The position numbers and the translations under genes were made by a program. Under the pieces are notes generated by a model, which searched no databases, was not told the origin of the DNA, and worked only from the letters and a program-made list of their open reading frames with translations. Positions 8,466 to 17,191 of a DNA stretch of 64,000 nucleotides are shown piece after piece (position 1 is the stretch's first letter; the number at the start of each line of letters is the position of its first letter). Source of the stretch: a virus; IMG/VR virus record IMGVR_UViG_3300045110_000277, positions 1 to 64,000 of that record; one strand, 5' to 3'.

Positions 8466-8948
8466 AGGGCGCCTCTCCTTCATCCATCAGCCGTAAGCCG
8501 TAGTTGCTGCGAAGTCCTCGAACCTAGGCCGGTAACGCCAAGGTCACAACCCCCTGTCGGCGTGTCGGCCATTCGGGTGAACTTCTAGCCCAAATGATCA
8601 CTGAAGACGGCTCTGGTGCGGATGCCAACGACCGTTCAGAGCACCTCCACTCGCCGATTCGGCTCTCAACGCTCGTTCAGAGCACCACCACGTGCGTTCT
8701 GGTGCTGGCGTGTCCGTGTATGTCCGATTTCCCTTGCCCCGCAACAAGATCAAGAGCTTCTGGTGCGGATGCTTGGCATGTTTGGTGGCCCGTGCTAGCC
8801 TCCGGCCTCCGGCGTGAGCGAGGAACCGAGCGGTCGACGGGAAAGCGCCAGCGTCAAAGGGCAAGAGCTTGGATCCATGGATCTAGGTATCCACCGCGCG
8901 TGCGCGCGAACGATTTGACTCTTTGAGCACGGACTGCGTTACCGTCGT

Positions 8949-9491
8949 GTGATGAACCGACGAAATGTGGTCACCGCCCTAGTCGTTGGGACTGTGCTCG
9001 TCACAGCTCCCGCGGCTGCCGCGAGTGCTCCCAAGACAGAGGTCCGCGCGGCTGCCCCGGCGTACGTCGCCGAGCAGCACGCCCATCCCATGAGGACGTT
9101 GAGCACGTCACGCTCGCTCCCGCGCCGGCCACCCGCCAAGGTGGCCATTCGTGTTTCCAAGCCCAAGCCGAAGGTCCACCACGTCAGCACCAGGCGCACC
9201 GCTGTCGTCCCCAGGCACTACGGCACCGCGTACCTCGTGGCCATGGCGAGCTGCATCCGGCACCACGAGTCCGGCGTGTACACCCGCAACAGCGGCAATG
9301 GCTACTACGGGGCGTACCAGTTCAGTGACGCAACGTGGCACGCCCAGACGCACCTGCCGGGGCACGCCAGCGATTATCCGAAGGCCGTCCAGGACTACTG
9401 GTTCATGCACACGTGGGCCAAACTGACGAGCGACTCTGCCAGGCAGGGCCAGTGGTCGACGTACCACTTCTGCTCGTACATCCGTCCCTGA
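8949..9491 (+). CDS. Secreted Rpf-like (resuscitation-promoting factor family) lytic transglycosylase
   Basis: Signal peptide (RR...VVTALVVGTVLVTAPAAAA); CIRHHESG...GNGYYGAYQFSDATW...Q..W...QWSTY..C. Confidence 0.85.
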   Translation: MMNRRNVVTALVVGTVLVTAPAAAASAPKTEVRAAAPAYVAEQHAHPMRTLSTSRSLPRRPPAKVAIRVSKPKPKVHHVSTRRTAVVPRHYGTAYLVAMASCIRHHESGVYTRNSGNGYYGAYQFSDATWHAQTHLPGHASDYPKAVQDYWFMHTWAKLTSDSARQGQWSTYHFCSYIRP

Positions 9492-9500
9492 GGGGGAGCC

Positions 9501-9713
9501 GTGTCGCTGAACCAGGACAACCCGTCCGATCTGATGGGGAAGCAGGTCCGCCTGCACACCCGTCAGGGCGACACGGTGGCCGAGGGCAAGATCATCGCCT
9601 ACACGGAGGCTCCGACCATCGTGATCGAGAAGGCGGACGGCTCGCGGATCAGCTGGAGGGCGGACCTTGCCACCATGCTCCCAGCTGATCTGCAGACCGG
9701 CGCGCCGGAGTAA
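9501..9713 (+). CDS. Small beta-barrel hypothetical protein
   Basis: RBS GGGGAG; YTEAPTIVIEKADGSRISWRADL. Confidence 0.6.
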   Translation: MSLNQDNPSDLMGKQVRLHTRQGDTVAEGKIIAYTEAPTIVIEKADGSRISWRADLATMLPADLQTGAPE

Positions 9714-9782
9714 GTCCTGGCCGAGCTGGGTACTGTGTGCCACACTGTGCTCAAATGGACTCGGACTAGGAAGGGTTGGATC

Positions 9783-10013
9783 ATGGCTGGACGCGCTCTG
9801 CTCAAGCAGGGCAAGGACCGCCGCAGCGCGATCTTGAAGTTCACTCGGGCCTACATCAGGAAGAACGGGTACGGCCCGTCCGTGGCGGAGATCGCCGAGG
9901 GCGTCGGCCTTGCCAGCAAGACCGCTGTGCGGCATCACCTTGCCACCCTCCAGGAGGAGGGGAAGGTCGAGATGACCCCTGGCCGCTACCGCTCGCTTCG
10001 CCTCGTGTCCTGA
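9783..10013 (+). CDS. LexA-family winged-HTH DNA-binding domain only (no S24 peptidase/dimerisation domain)
   Basis: ILKFTRAYIRKNGYGPSVAEIAEGVGLASKTAVRHHLATLQEEGKV...PGRYRSLRL matches the LexA N-domain pattern; stops after about 76 aa. Confidence 0.85.
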   Translation: MAGRALLKQGKDRRSAILKFTRAYIRKNGYGPSVAEIAEGVGLASKTAVRHHLATLQEEGKVEMTPGRYRSLRLVS

Positions 10014-10014
10014 G

Positions 10015-10929
10015 GTGGGCCTGACCGACGCGGGCGAGGCGTACTTCCGGGAGCAGATCGCGCACGCGCTCCAGGAGTCACGCCTTGCCCGCGCCCAGGA
10101 GTCGAAGAAGGTCGCCGCGGTCCTTCGCCAGCTCGGCCAGCAGTCCGATGCCGCTGCCGTGCTCCAGAAGCAGCTCAACGACGTGATCGCCAACCAGCTC
10201 CGCACGTACTCCACCGGCATCGACTACCACGAACCCGAGAACGACGGAGGGACTATGGCCCGCAGGCGAGGACCGCTGCACGGGTTCAGCCCGGTCCTGG
10301 ACGTGAACGGGATCGAGGTCGACCTGTGCCGGGTCTGCAACGGCCCGAAGGCGAACCGCGCCCACCAGGCGCCCGCGGCGAAGTCGAAGCCGAAGGGCGT
10401 GGCCGGGTTCGCCGTGGGCACCCGGGTGACCTGGACCCCGAAGGCGATGGGCGGTAGGACCCCGGTGCCGCTGCTGGGCACCATCGTCGGCGAGGACCGG
10501 GCCTTCGACGGCCTGATCGAGGACTACACCGTCCAGCAGGACGGCCCCGTCAAGGGGGGCTTGATGACCCCTGGCGAGCTGGTGCAGGTGAAGCCGGCCG
10601 ACCTGCACACCGTGGTCGCCCCGCCGAAGTTCAGGACGCCCGAGGAGGCAGACGCATGGCTGGAAGCTCAGGCGGTCGAGCGTGAGCGGGCTGCGCCGGG
10701 ACGTACCGGCAGCCGTACGGCCGGATGCCAGATCTGCGGTGACCCCGACGACCACGGTGGCGTCGCCCACCCCGGCCGTCCCGGTGACCCCGGCTACGCG
10801 GGTGCCAGCAGCTACGCGCCCGGTGCTGTCGCCCTCGGTGGCGCCGGGAACATCCAGCGCATCCCCATCGCCCCGTTCACGCTCAACGACGGCGACTCGC
10901 TCACCATCACCACCGAACTCACTATCTGA
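10015..10929 (+). CDS. Multi-module hypothetical protein (Zn-knuckles, SH3-like segment, PPKFxxxEEADAW motif); internal start likely at 10255
   Basis: CRVC..H, CQIC..H; GGAGG+ATG in frame at 10255. Confidence 0.65.
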   Translation: MGLTDAGEAYFREQIAHALQESRLARAQESKKVAAVLRQLGQQSDAAAVLQKQLNDVIANQLRTYSTGIDYHEPENDGGTMARRRGPLHGFSPVLDVNGIEVDLCRVCNGPKANRAHQAPAAKSKPKGVAGFAVGTRVTWTPKAMGGRTPVPLLGTIVGEDRAFDGLIEDYTVQQDGPVKGGLMTPGELVQVKPADLHTVVAPPKFRTPEEADAWLEAQAVERERAAPGRTGSRTAGCQICGDPDDHGGVAHPGRPGDPGYAGASSYAPGAVALGGAGNIQRIPIAPFTLNDGDSLTITTELTI

Positions 10930-10948
10930 GCCGCCCAAGCAGCTCGTC

Positions 10949-11329
10949 GTGCCCGGCGTGGGCGTCTGGGTTATCCCGCTGCCGTTCACCAAGGCGCTGA
11001 GCCTGAACGACCGGTACGGGAACCAGTACGCCCGCGCTCGGGCGGTCCGGGAGTGGCGTGACGCGACCCGCTGGTCGGTGCGGGCGGCCAAGGTCCCGCA
11101 CTACGAGCGGATCCTGGTCGGGCTGCACTACATCCCGAAGGACATGCGCCGGCGGGACCCGAACAACCTGATCGGCGGGATGAAGCCCTGCGAGGACGCG
11201 CTGGTCGACGAGGGCGTGGTCGACGACGACACCCTGCAGTTCATGCAGCGGGAGTACCCGACCATCCACGACCCGGACCCGAAGATCGTCGGCGGCCGGT
11301 TCTGGCTGACCATCGTGCAACTCCTGTAA
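10949..11329 (+). CDS. RusA-like Holliday junction resolvase
   Basis: LSLNDR...RRRDPNNL...KPCEDALVDEGVVDDD; start approximate. Confidence 0.8.
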   Translation: MPGVGVWVIPLPFTKALSLNDRYGNQYARARAVREWRDATRWSVRAAKVPHYERILVGLHYIPKDMRRRDPNNLIGGMKPCEDALVDEGVVDDDTLQFMQREYPTIHDPDPKIVGGRFWLTIVQLL

Positions 11330-11434
11330 CACGACACGCCGTGGCGCAAGTAGTGCGCCAATGACGGGCTGTGACCCTTAGGCCACCTACAGTCGGCATG
11401 TGCAGACGCCAACGCTCGTTCGCGGGACCACCGC

Positions 11435-12079
11435 GTGAGCATCGGGCCCGGTGTGGCCAACGTCCCGTTGGTGAAGGTGCTCACCCCGAGCGGCCAGGTC
11501 ATCGAGGTGATGGGCGCCGGGGAGCAGGACTTCTACGACGGCCAGCGGGACCGGTACCAGGCGGAGAACAGCTTCACGAATGCCTCGGACCTGCTCGACC
11601 TGGACCGGCTGCTGTTCTTCGAGCTGATGATCTTCCGCTCGACCACGTGGCTTGGTGGCGGTAAGGACTACTACGGCGACCTCCTGTCCCCTTCGCAGGA
11701 GGCCGACCAGCGGCGGTCGCTGAAGGAGAACAGCGCCCTGGTCTCGACCATCAAGAACGACCTGGGCATGACGAAGGCCCAGCGCGACAAGGCGCAGTAC
11801 GAGTCGGTCGGCACCTACATCCAGCAGCTCCGTGCCCGCGCCCAGGAGCACGGGATCAAGCGGGAGAAGGAGCTGGGCAAGGCACTGACGCTGATGAAGG
11901 AGCTGTACTCCATCGTCGGGGCGTACGACCGGGCCGACGAGACCGAGCGCAAGAAGCTCGGCTTCGAGGACGAGGCGGAGATCGTTGACTGGATCCGGAC
12001 GGTCATGCGTCCGGAGTTCGACCGCATCGACGCCTACTTCCGGGCCAACGCCCAGCGGTTCTGGGTCCGGGAGTTGTAG
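11435..12079 (+). CDS. Helical hypothetical protein (terminase small subunit candidate)
   Basis: Position upstream of TerL; ...IKNDLGMTKAQR resembles TerS C-terminal motifs. Confidence 0.5.
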   Translation: MSIGPGVANVPLVKVLTPSGQVIEVMGAGEQDFYDGQRDRYQAENSFTNASDLLDLDRLLFFELMIFRSTTWLGGGKDYYGDLLSPSQEADQRRSLKENSALVSTIKNDLGMTKAQRDKAQYESVGTYIQQLRARAQEHGIKREKELGKALTLMKELYSIVGAYDRADETERKKLGFEDEAEIVDWIRTVMRPEFDRIDAYFRANAQRFWVREL

Positions 12080-12315
12080 TGGGCCGCAGCGGCAACCCGG
12101 CCAAGCGGGCTGTACAGAAGGGCGCTCCGCCTGTACAGCCCAAGCGGCGCCGTTGCTACTACTGCGGAAGCAAGACCAGCTCCGACGGTGAGAGCACCCA
12201 GGAGGCTCGGTTCCCGCACGCCCAGCGTCGCCAGACCTGGGACCCGATCTGCGAGGTCGCGCGCAAGACCCGGCTGGTGCAGCGGCGCCTACGCATGGAG
12301 GCCCTGGGTGGCTGA
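12079..12315 (+). CDS. Small basic Zn-finger protein
   Basis: GRSGNPAKRA, CYYC; overlaps neighbours. Confidence 0.5.
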   Translation: MGRSGNPAKRAVQKGAPPVQPKRRRCYYCGSKTSSDGESTQEARFPHAQRRQTWDPICEVARKTRLVQRRLRMEALGG

Positions 12316-12859
12316 CGGGGCGCGCCAGGCACAGTGGGAGCAGGCCCGCACCCTGTACCCGAGCACCGAGTACCAGTCGCGGGTCTGGGCGGACTACTTC
12401 GACGAGCATCCGGACGTGCTGACCAAGCTGCTCGGGGACGTGTACCGGGTCTACAAGACCGAGGAGGCCAAGCGCGCCGGCGTCTCCAACCCGCAGGGTG
12501 GCCGGCGTCGTTCGCACGTGAACGGCAACCTGGACGAGCTGTGGGCCATCCTGACGCCGAAGTTCTCGATGGACCCGTTCCCGGTGGCGGTGCGCGAGCT
12601 GATGGGCAAGAAGTCGGTGCGCCAGTTCGCTGCGGACGTGGGCATGGACCACCGCGAGCTGAGCCGGCTGCTGAACGGCGCTCGCCGCCCCAGCATGATC
12701 CACTGGCTGGAGGTGATTGCCCGCGGAGCTGATGTGCATCCGGCGTTCTTCCTGGAGTGGCGGACGGCAACGCTCGTTGGCATCATGGCCGACGCCTTCG
12801 CGTCGCAGCCGCATCTGTCGATCACCGCGCTGAAGGCTCTGGGGAGGCGACCGGCGTGA
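12308..12859 (+). CDS. XRE-family HTH DNA-binding protein
   Basis: SVRQFAADVGMDHRELSRLLNGARRPS...LEVIARGADVHPAFF. Confidence 0.75.
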   Translation: MADGARQAQWEQARTLYPSTEYQSRVWADYFDEHPDVLTKLLGDVYRVYKTEEAKRAGVSNPQGGRRRSHVNGNLDELWAILTPKFSMDPFPVAVRELMGKKSVRQFAADVGMDHRELSRLLNGARRPSMIHWLEVIARGADVHPAFFLEWRTATLVGIMADAFASQPHLSITALKALGRRPA

Positions 12860-14487
12860 GCGTCGTCGCCGCCCTGACCGAGGAGGAGATGTACCTCCTC
12901 GCCATCATCGACGACCCGTCGGGCATCGAGCTGGCCGAGTTCTGCTTCCTCGACGAGGAGCCCGGCAAGGCCGACCCGTGCTTCCGGGTCCGCGACTATC
13001 AGTGGGCGTGGTGGACCAACGAGGAGCGGTATCAGATCGACCACTGTTCCCGAGACGTGGGCAAGAGCCAGGGCATCCAGCTGCGGGCGTTCGCGTTCCC
13101 GTTCAACTTCCCTGGTCAGGAGATGCTGGTCACCGCGCCGGAGCTGAACCACCTCTCGCCCATCGTCGACAAGATCGAGAAGTTGTTCCTGCGTGTTCGT
13201 TTGGGCAGGGAGATGCTCCCGCCGCGCAAGGGTGGTGGCATCAAGCACCAGCCGCAGTTCCAGATGACCTTCATCAACGGCGCGGTCATCATGGGCCGGC
13301 TGCCCAACCGCGACGGCCGTGGCGTCAAGGGCCAGCACTCCCACCGCATCGAGATGGACGAGGCGCAGGACTACCCCCAGCAGGGCTGGATGGAGCTCGT
13401 CGAGACGATGCGCGACACCCCGGGTGCTCAGTGGCGTGCGCACGGCGTGAGCCGCGGCATCCGGGATATGTACTACCGGCTGACGCAGAGCGAGAACCCG
13501 GACTTGCCGTTCTACGTCCATCGCTTCATGGCCATGCACCGGCCGGGCTGGTCAGCGCGGGAGCGCAAGAGCAAGATCGCCATCTACGGCGGCTCGCGGG
13601 ACAACCCGGACTACAAGCGCAACGTGTACGGCGAGCACGGCGACATCAGCAACCCGGTGTTCGTGCTCGCGCGGCTCATGGCGTGCGTGCGGATCAACGA
13701 GAGCACGTGGGCCACGGAGTACAACGAGAACGTCTACGCCAAGATCAAGATCGAGGCGGAGTCGCTTGAAGGCCGACCGATCACGACGTTCCTGCAGTTC
13801 CCGGCGAACCACCGCTCGACGGCGTACAAGAGCTACTGGGCCGGCATCGACATCGGCTTCACCAACGACCCGAGCGAGCTGCTGATCTTCGGCCAGGTCA
13901 ACGTCAAGGACAAGGACGTGCTGCGGCTGCTCTCGCGTGTCCACATGATGCGGATCAGCTCACCGGACCAGGAGGCGGTCATCGCCTCGGTCTTCGAGTT
14001 CTACGGCGACCGGCTGCGCACGCTGTCCATGGACAAGACCGGCAACGGCCTGCCGATCTGGCAGCACATGGCCCTGGACCCGCGGCACCGCGGCTACCGG
14101 GACCGGATCAAGGGCTACGGCTTCAGCGAGAAGAAGGCCGTCGAGTTCGACGACCGGGCGCTGGAGCGCAAGGAGAAGCCCGAGGACGCGGTGATCGAGA
14201 AGAACGTCATCGAGTTCGCCACGGACCAGCTGCGCGCCTACGTGGACGCCGGCATGGTCGAGCTGCCGTACGACCAGGAGCTGCTGAGCGAGTTCCAGGG
14301 CCAGACCGTGCTCTACACCCGGGACGACACCGACGTGGGCAAGAGGCGGACCCGGTACGGCGGTGGGTCCTTCCACACCCTGGACGCCAGCAAGCTGATG
14401 ATCTTGGGCAAGGAGCTGGAGGCCATCGAGGCCGCCCTCGCCCCCAAGCGCCGACGGGGACCTGTGCTCGACCGATTCGCATCCTGA
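12856..14487 (+). CDS. Terminase large subunit
   Basis: Walker A CSRDVGKS, Walker B IEMDEAQD, nuclease AGIDIG..DP, MDKTGNG, HTLDA. Confidence 0.9.
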   Translation: MSVVAALTEEEMYLLAIIDDPSGIELAEFCFLDEEPGKADPCFRVRDYQWAWWTNEERYQIDHCSRDVGKSQGIQLRAFAFPFNFPGQEMLVTAPELNHLSPIVDKIEKLFLRVRLGREMLPPRKGGGIKHQPQFQMTFINGAVIMGRLPNRDGRGVKGQHSHRIEMDEAQDYPQQGWMELVETMRDTPGAQWRAHGVSRGIRDMYYRLTQSENPDLPFYVHRFMAMHRPGWSARERKSKIAIYGGSRDNPDYKRNVYGEHGDISNPVFVLARLMACVRINESTWATEYNENVYAKIKIEAESLEGRPITTFLQFPANHRSTAYKSYWAGIDIGFTNDPSELLIFGQVNVKDKDVLRLLSRVHMMRISSPDQEAVIASVFEFYGDRLRTLSMDKTGNGLPIWQHMALDPRHRGYRDRIKGYGFSEKKAVEFDDRALERKEKPEDAVIEKNVIEFATDQLRAYVDAGMVELPYDQELLSEFQGQTVLYTRDDTDVGKRRTRYGGGSFHTLDASKLMILGKELEAIEAALAPKRRRGPVLDRFAS

Positions 14488-14495
14488 GGAGAACC

Positions 14496-14828
14496 ATGAT
14501 CGTCACCGACATCGCCCGTGCCTGCCACGAGGCCAACCGCGCCGTCCAGCGCAGCCTCAGCGAGGAGATCAACCCACCCTGGGACGAGGCGCCCGAGTGG
14601 ATGAAGGAGTCGATCACCAAGGGCGTCGAGGGCATCCAGGCCGGGAACACCCCGGAGGAGAGCCACGCCGCCTGGATGGTGGACCGGACTGAGCGCGGCT
14701 GGGTCTGGGGGAAGTTCAAGAGCGAGCTGGCCAAGACCCACCCCGACCTCGTGCCCTACGAGGAGCTGCCGCCCGAGCAGCAGCTCAAGGACACCCTGTT
14801 TCACGCCATCGTGACGATCCTGACCTGA
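14496..14828 (+). CDS. RyR-domain protein
   Basis: ESHAAWM.....GWVWG......KTHPDLVPYEELP.....KD. Confidence 0.85.
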   Translation: MIVTDIARACHEANRAVQRSLSEEINPPWDEAPEWMKESITKGVEGIQAGNTPEESHAAWMVDRTERGWVWGKFKSELAKTHPDLVPYEELPPEQQLKDTLFHAIVTILT

Positions 14829-14956
14829 CTCTAGGGAGTTCTGGCCGGGTCTAGGACCGGTGTTGCGGCGGAACGCAACAGGCTGCGAACGGCCGTTGGC
14901 ATCCCGCGTCTTCGTCGACTGGGAGCAGATCACCACCAAATCGGAGCAGATCCGAG

Positions 14957-14983
14957 CAGATTCCGAGCTGAACCTGCCGAAGG
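14957..14983 (+). promoter_or_regulatory. Putative sigma28/WhiG-type promoter for the portal operon
   Basis: CAGAT-N14-GCCGAAGG, ATG 6 nt downstream. Confidence 0.6.
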
Positions 14984-14989
14984 AGAGAC

Positions 14990-15388
14990 ATGCCCAAGGG
15001 AGTCGTCGCCGGTACGGATTCCGGCGGGTACGTCGAGCAGGCTGGCGTCGACCCGGCGCTGCTGGCCGCCCTGGCCGGCGAGATGGCCCCGCTGCGGACG
15101 GGCGTTGGCAGCCGGGTCGAGGTGCTCCAGGAGCTGATGGCGATCAAGGCGGCCATCTGCACGTGGCACCGCAAGGAGGTCGGCCAGGTCCTCCAGGAGG
15201 CCAGCGCCTACTCGGCCCGGCTCACCGAGCTGTGGACCGAGCTACGGCTGCTGGAGTCCTCCGACCGGGCGTTCACCCAGCTCCGCACGATGCAGGTCCA
15301 GCCGGTGCTCGATGAGGTCGACCGGCAGTACCGCTTCGCCACGTCCCGCATCGCGCTGATGCGCCAGGACATCGACCTGAGCCGGTAG
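14990..15388 (+). CDS. Hypothetical helical protein
   Basis: Clean ORF between the RyR gene and the portal. Confidence 0.7.
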   Translation: MPKGVVAGTDSGGYVEQAGVDPALLAALAGEMAPLRTGVGSRVEVLQELMAIKAAICTWHRKEVGQVLQEASAYSARLTELWTELRLLESSDRAFTQLRTMQVQPVLDEVDRQYRFATSRIALMRQDIDLSR

Positions 15389-15397
15389 AGGAGCACC

Positions 15398-17191
15398 ATG
15401 CCTGTCGAGGTCGTCTACAGCCCGGGAGCCGAGGAGTTCCGCGACGCCGGCCTGGAGCCCAGGATGCGCCAGATGGCGGCGCAGCTCACGTCGTGGGTGA
15501 ACCAGACCCGTGCGGTCACGAACCGGTCCGGGCTGTTCGACCGCGGGAAGTACACGTCGAGCGACAACCCGTACGACCAGATGCGCACCGCTCGTCGCGC
15601 GCTGAGCGACGACGACGTGGTGGCCGGCGCCGCCGAGCTGACTGAGGGCATGGCCTTCCAGGGCATCAAGTGGGAGTCCGCCAACGCGGACGAGACCGAC
15701 CTGATGAACCAGATCGCGGCCGAGCACGACCTGGACTCCATCGTGCGCAAGATGTGGCGCGAGGAGTTCACGCTGTCCTCGGTCGTGCAGGGCTTCTGGT
15801 GGGACAACGGCAAGTTCACGGTGCGCGGTACGACGCCGGTGGAGAAGCCGGAGATCGACCCGGCGACCGGGCAGCCGAAGGAGGACCCGGCCAAGCCGCC
15901 GAAGGGTGGGAACAAGCGCAAGAAGACGTACGACGTGTGGTTCCCGCGCAGCATCACCACGCTCGACAGCACCAAGGTCGTGCCGGTCGGGATGATGCAG
16001 TTCGGCCAGGAGCGGCTCGCGTGGCAGGCCACCACGCAGGAGATCGCGCAGTACGACATGCTGATGAACGGTGCGCTGCAGGACGAGATGATGGACCGGT
16101 TCTACGCCGGGAAGTACGTCTGCCGCGACATCGACGAGCAGCGCGAGCTGACCGGGCTCGGCGTGGACGTGACCCGGCTGATCCTGCTCGACGACCGCTG
16201 GACGCACCGGCACACGCTGACCAAGCCGGACCACGAGCGGTTCGCTGACGTGCGGCTCAAGAGCATCTTCCGGCTGCTCGACCTCAAGCAGCAGCTGATG
16301 GAGGCCGACCGCGTGCAGCTGATCGGCGCGGCCAACTACATCCTGCTGGTCAAGAAGGGCGACAAGGACGACCCGGCGTACCCGGAGGAGATCACCAACC
16401 TCCAGCAGAACTTCAACTACATCGCCAAGCTCCCGGTCATCTTCGCCGACCACCGACTGACCATCGAGATCATCACGCCGAAGACGGACCTGTCGCTGTC
16501 GCCGGAGAAGTACGACGTGCTCGACAACCGCATCATCGCGCGGCTGCTGAACACGCTGACGGCCGTTGGCAGCCGCTCTGGTCAGCGCGGCGACGACTCC
16601 CTCAAGCTGGGCCGCGCGGTGGCCCGCACGATGGAGGGCCGCCGCCACATGATCAAGCGGTACCTGGAGCGTCACGTCGCCAAGGCCATGTGGGACGACC
16701 CCAAGAACAAGGGCAAGTTCCAGGGTGAGCCGCCCAAGCTGACGTTCCTGCCGGGCCGCATCCAGCTCGACGACGACACCGGCTGGCTGGCCAGCATCAT
16801 CCAGCTGCGCAGCATGAACGAGCTGTCCCGCGCCACGACGCTGGAGGTGTTCGGGTTCGACCAGCAGGTCGAGGCGATGCGCCGTACGTTCGAGGACGAG
16901 AACGGCATGGACGACATCTTCCAGACGATGGTGCCGCACGGCTCGCCCGGCGTGGGCGGGAACACCGGCGCCGCGTCCGGCAACCCGACCGCCGAGGAGA
17001 CCGCTGCTGCCGCTGGGCAGACGGCCGAGGCCACGGCGGCTGGCGCAGCGAAGGGCGCTCCCCCGGTGGCGCAGGCCGGCGCGGGCCGGCAGGGCGGTCG
17101 GCCGGCTGGCGGCGGCACGGCCAAGAAGACCGCGGCGACTCGTCGAACCGCCAAGGGCACCACGAGCACCTCGAAGGGCGGTTCCACCTGA
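15398..17191 (+). CDS. Portal protein (putative)
   Basis: About 600 aa, downstream of TerL and upstream of protease/capsid; low-complexity C-tail. Confidence 0.7.
   Translation: MPVEVVYSPGAEEFRDAGLEPRMRQMAAQLTSWVNQTRAVTNRSGLFDRGKYTSSDNPYDQMRTARRALSDDDVVAGAAELTEGMAFQGIKWESANADETDLMNQIAAEHDLDSIVRKMWREEFTLSSVVQGFWWDNGKFTVRGTTPVEKPEIDPATGQPKEDPAKPPKGGNKRKKTYDVWFPRSITTLDSTKVVPVGMMQFGQERLAWQATTQEIAQYDMLMNGALQDEMMDRFYAGKYVCRDIDEQRELTGLGVDVTRLILLDDRWTHRHTLTKPDHERFADVRLKSIFRLLDLKQQLMEADRVQLIGAANYILLVKKGDKDDPAYPEEITNLQQNFNYIAKLPVIFADHRLTIEIITPKTDLSLSPEKYDVLDNRIIARLLNTLTAVGSRSGQRGDDSLKLGRAVARTMEGRRHMIKRYLERHVAKAMWDDPKNKGKFQGEPPKLTFLPGRIQLDDDTGWLASIIQLRSMNELSRATTLEVFGFDQQVEAMRRTFEDENGMDDIFQTMVPHGSPGVGGNTGAASGNPTAEETAAAAGQTAEATAAGAAKGAPPVAQAGAGRQGGRPAGGGTAKKTAATRRTAKGTTSTSKGGST

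Noticed and set aside
8594-8926. ORFs 8594-8926 (+) and 8598-8864 (-)
   Set aside because: Poor codon bias and no RBS; the region looks regulatory
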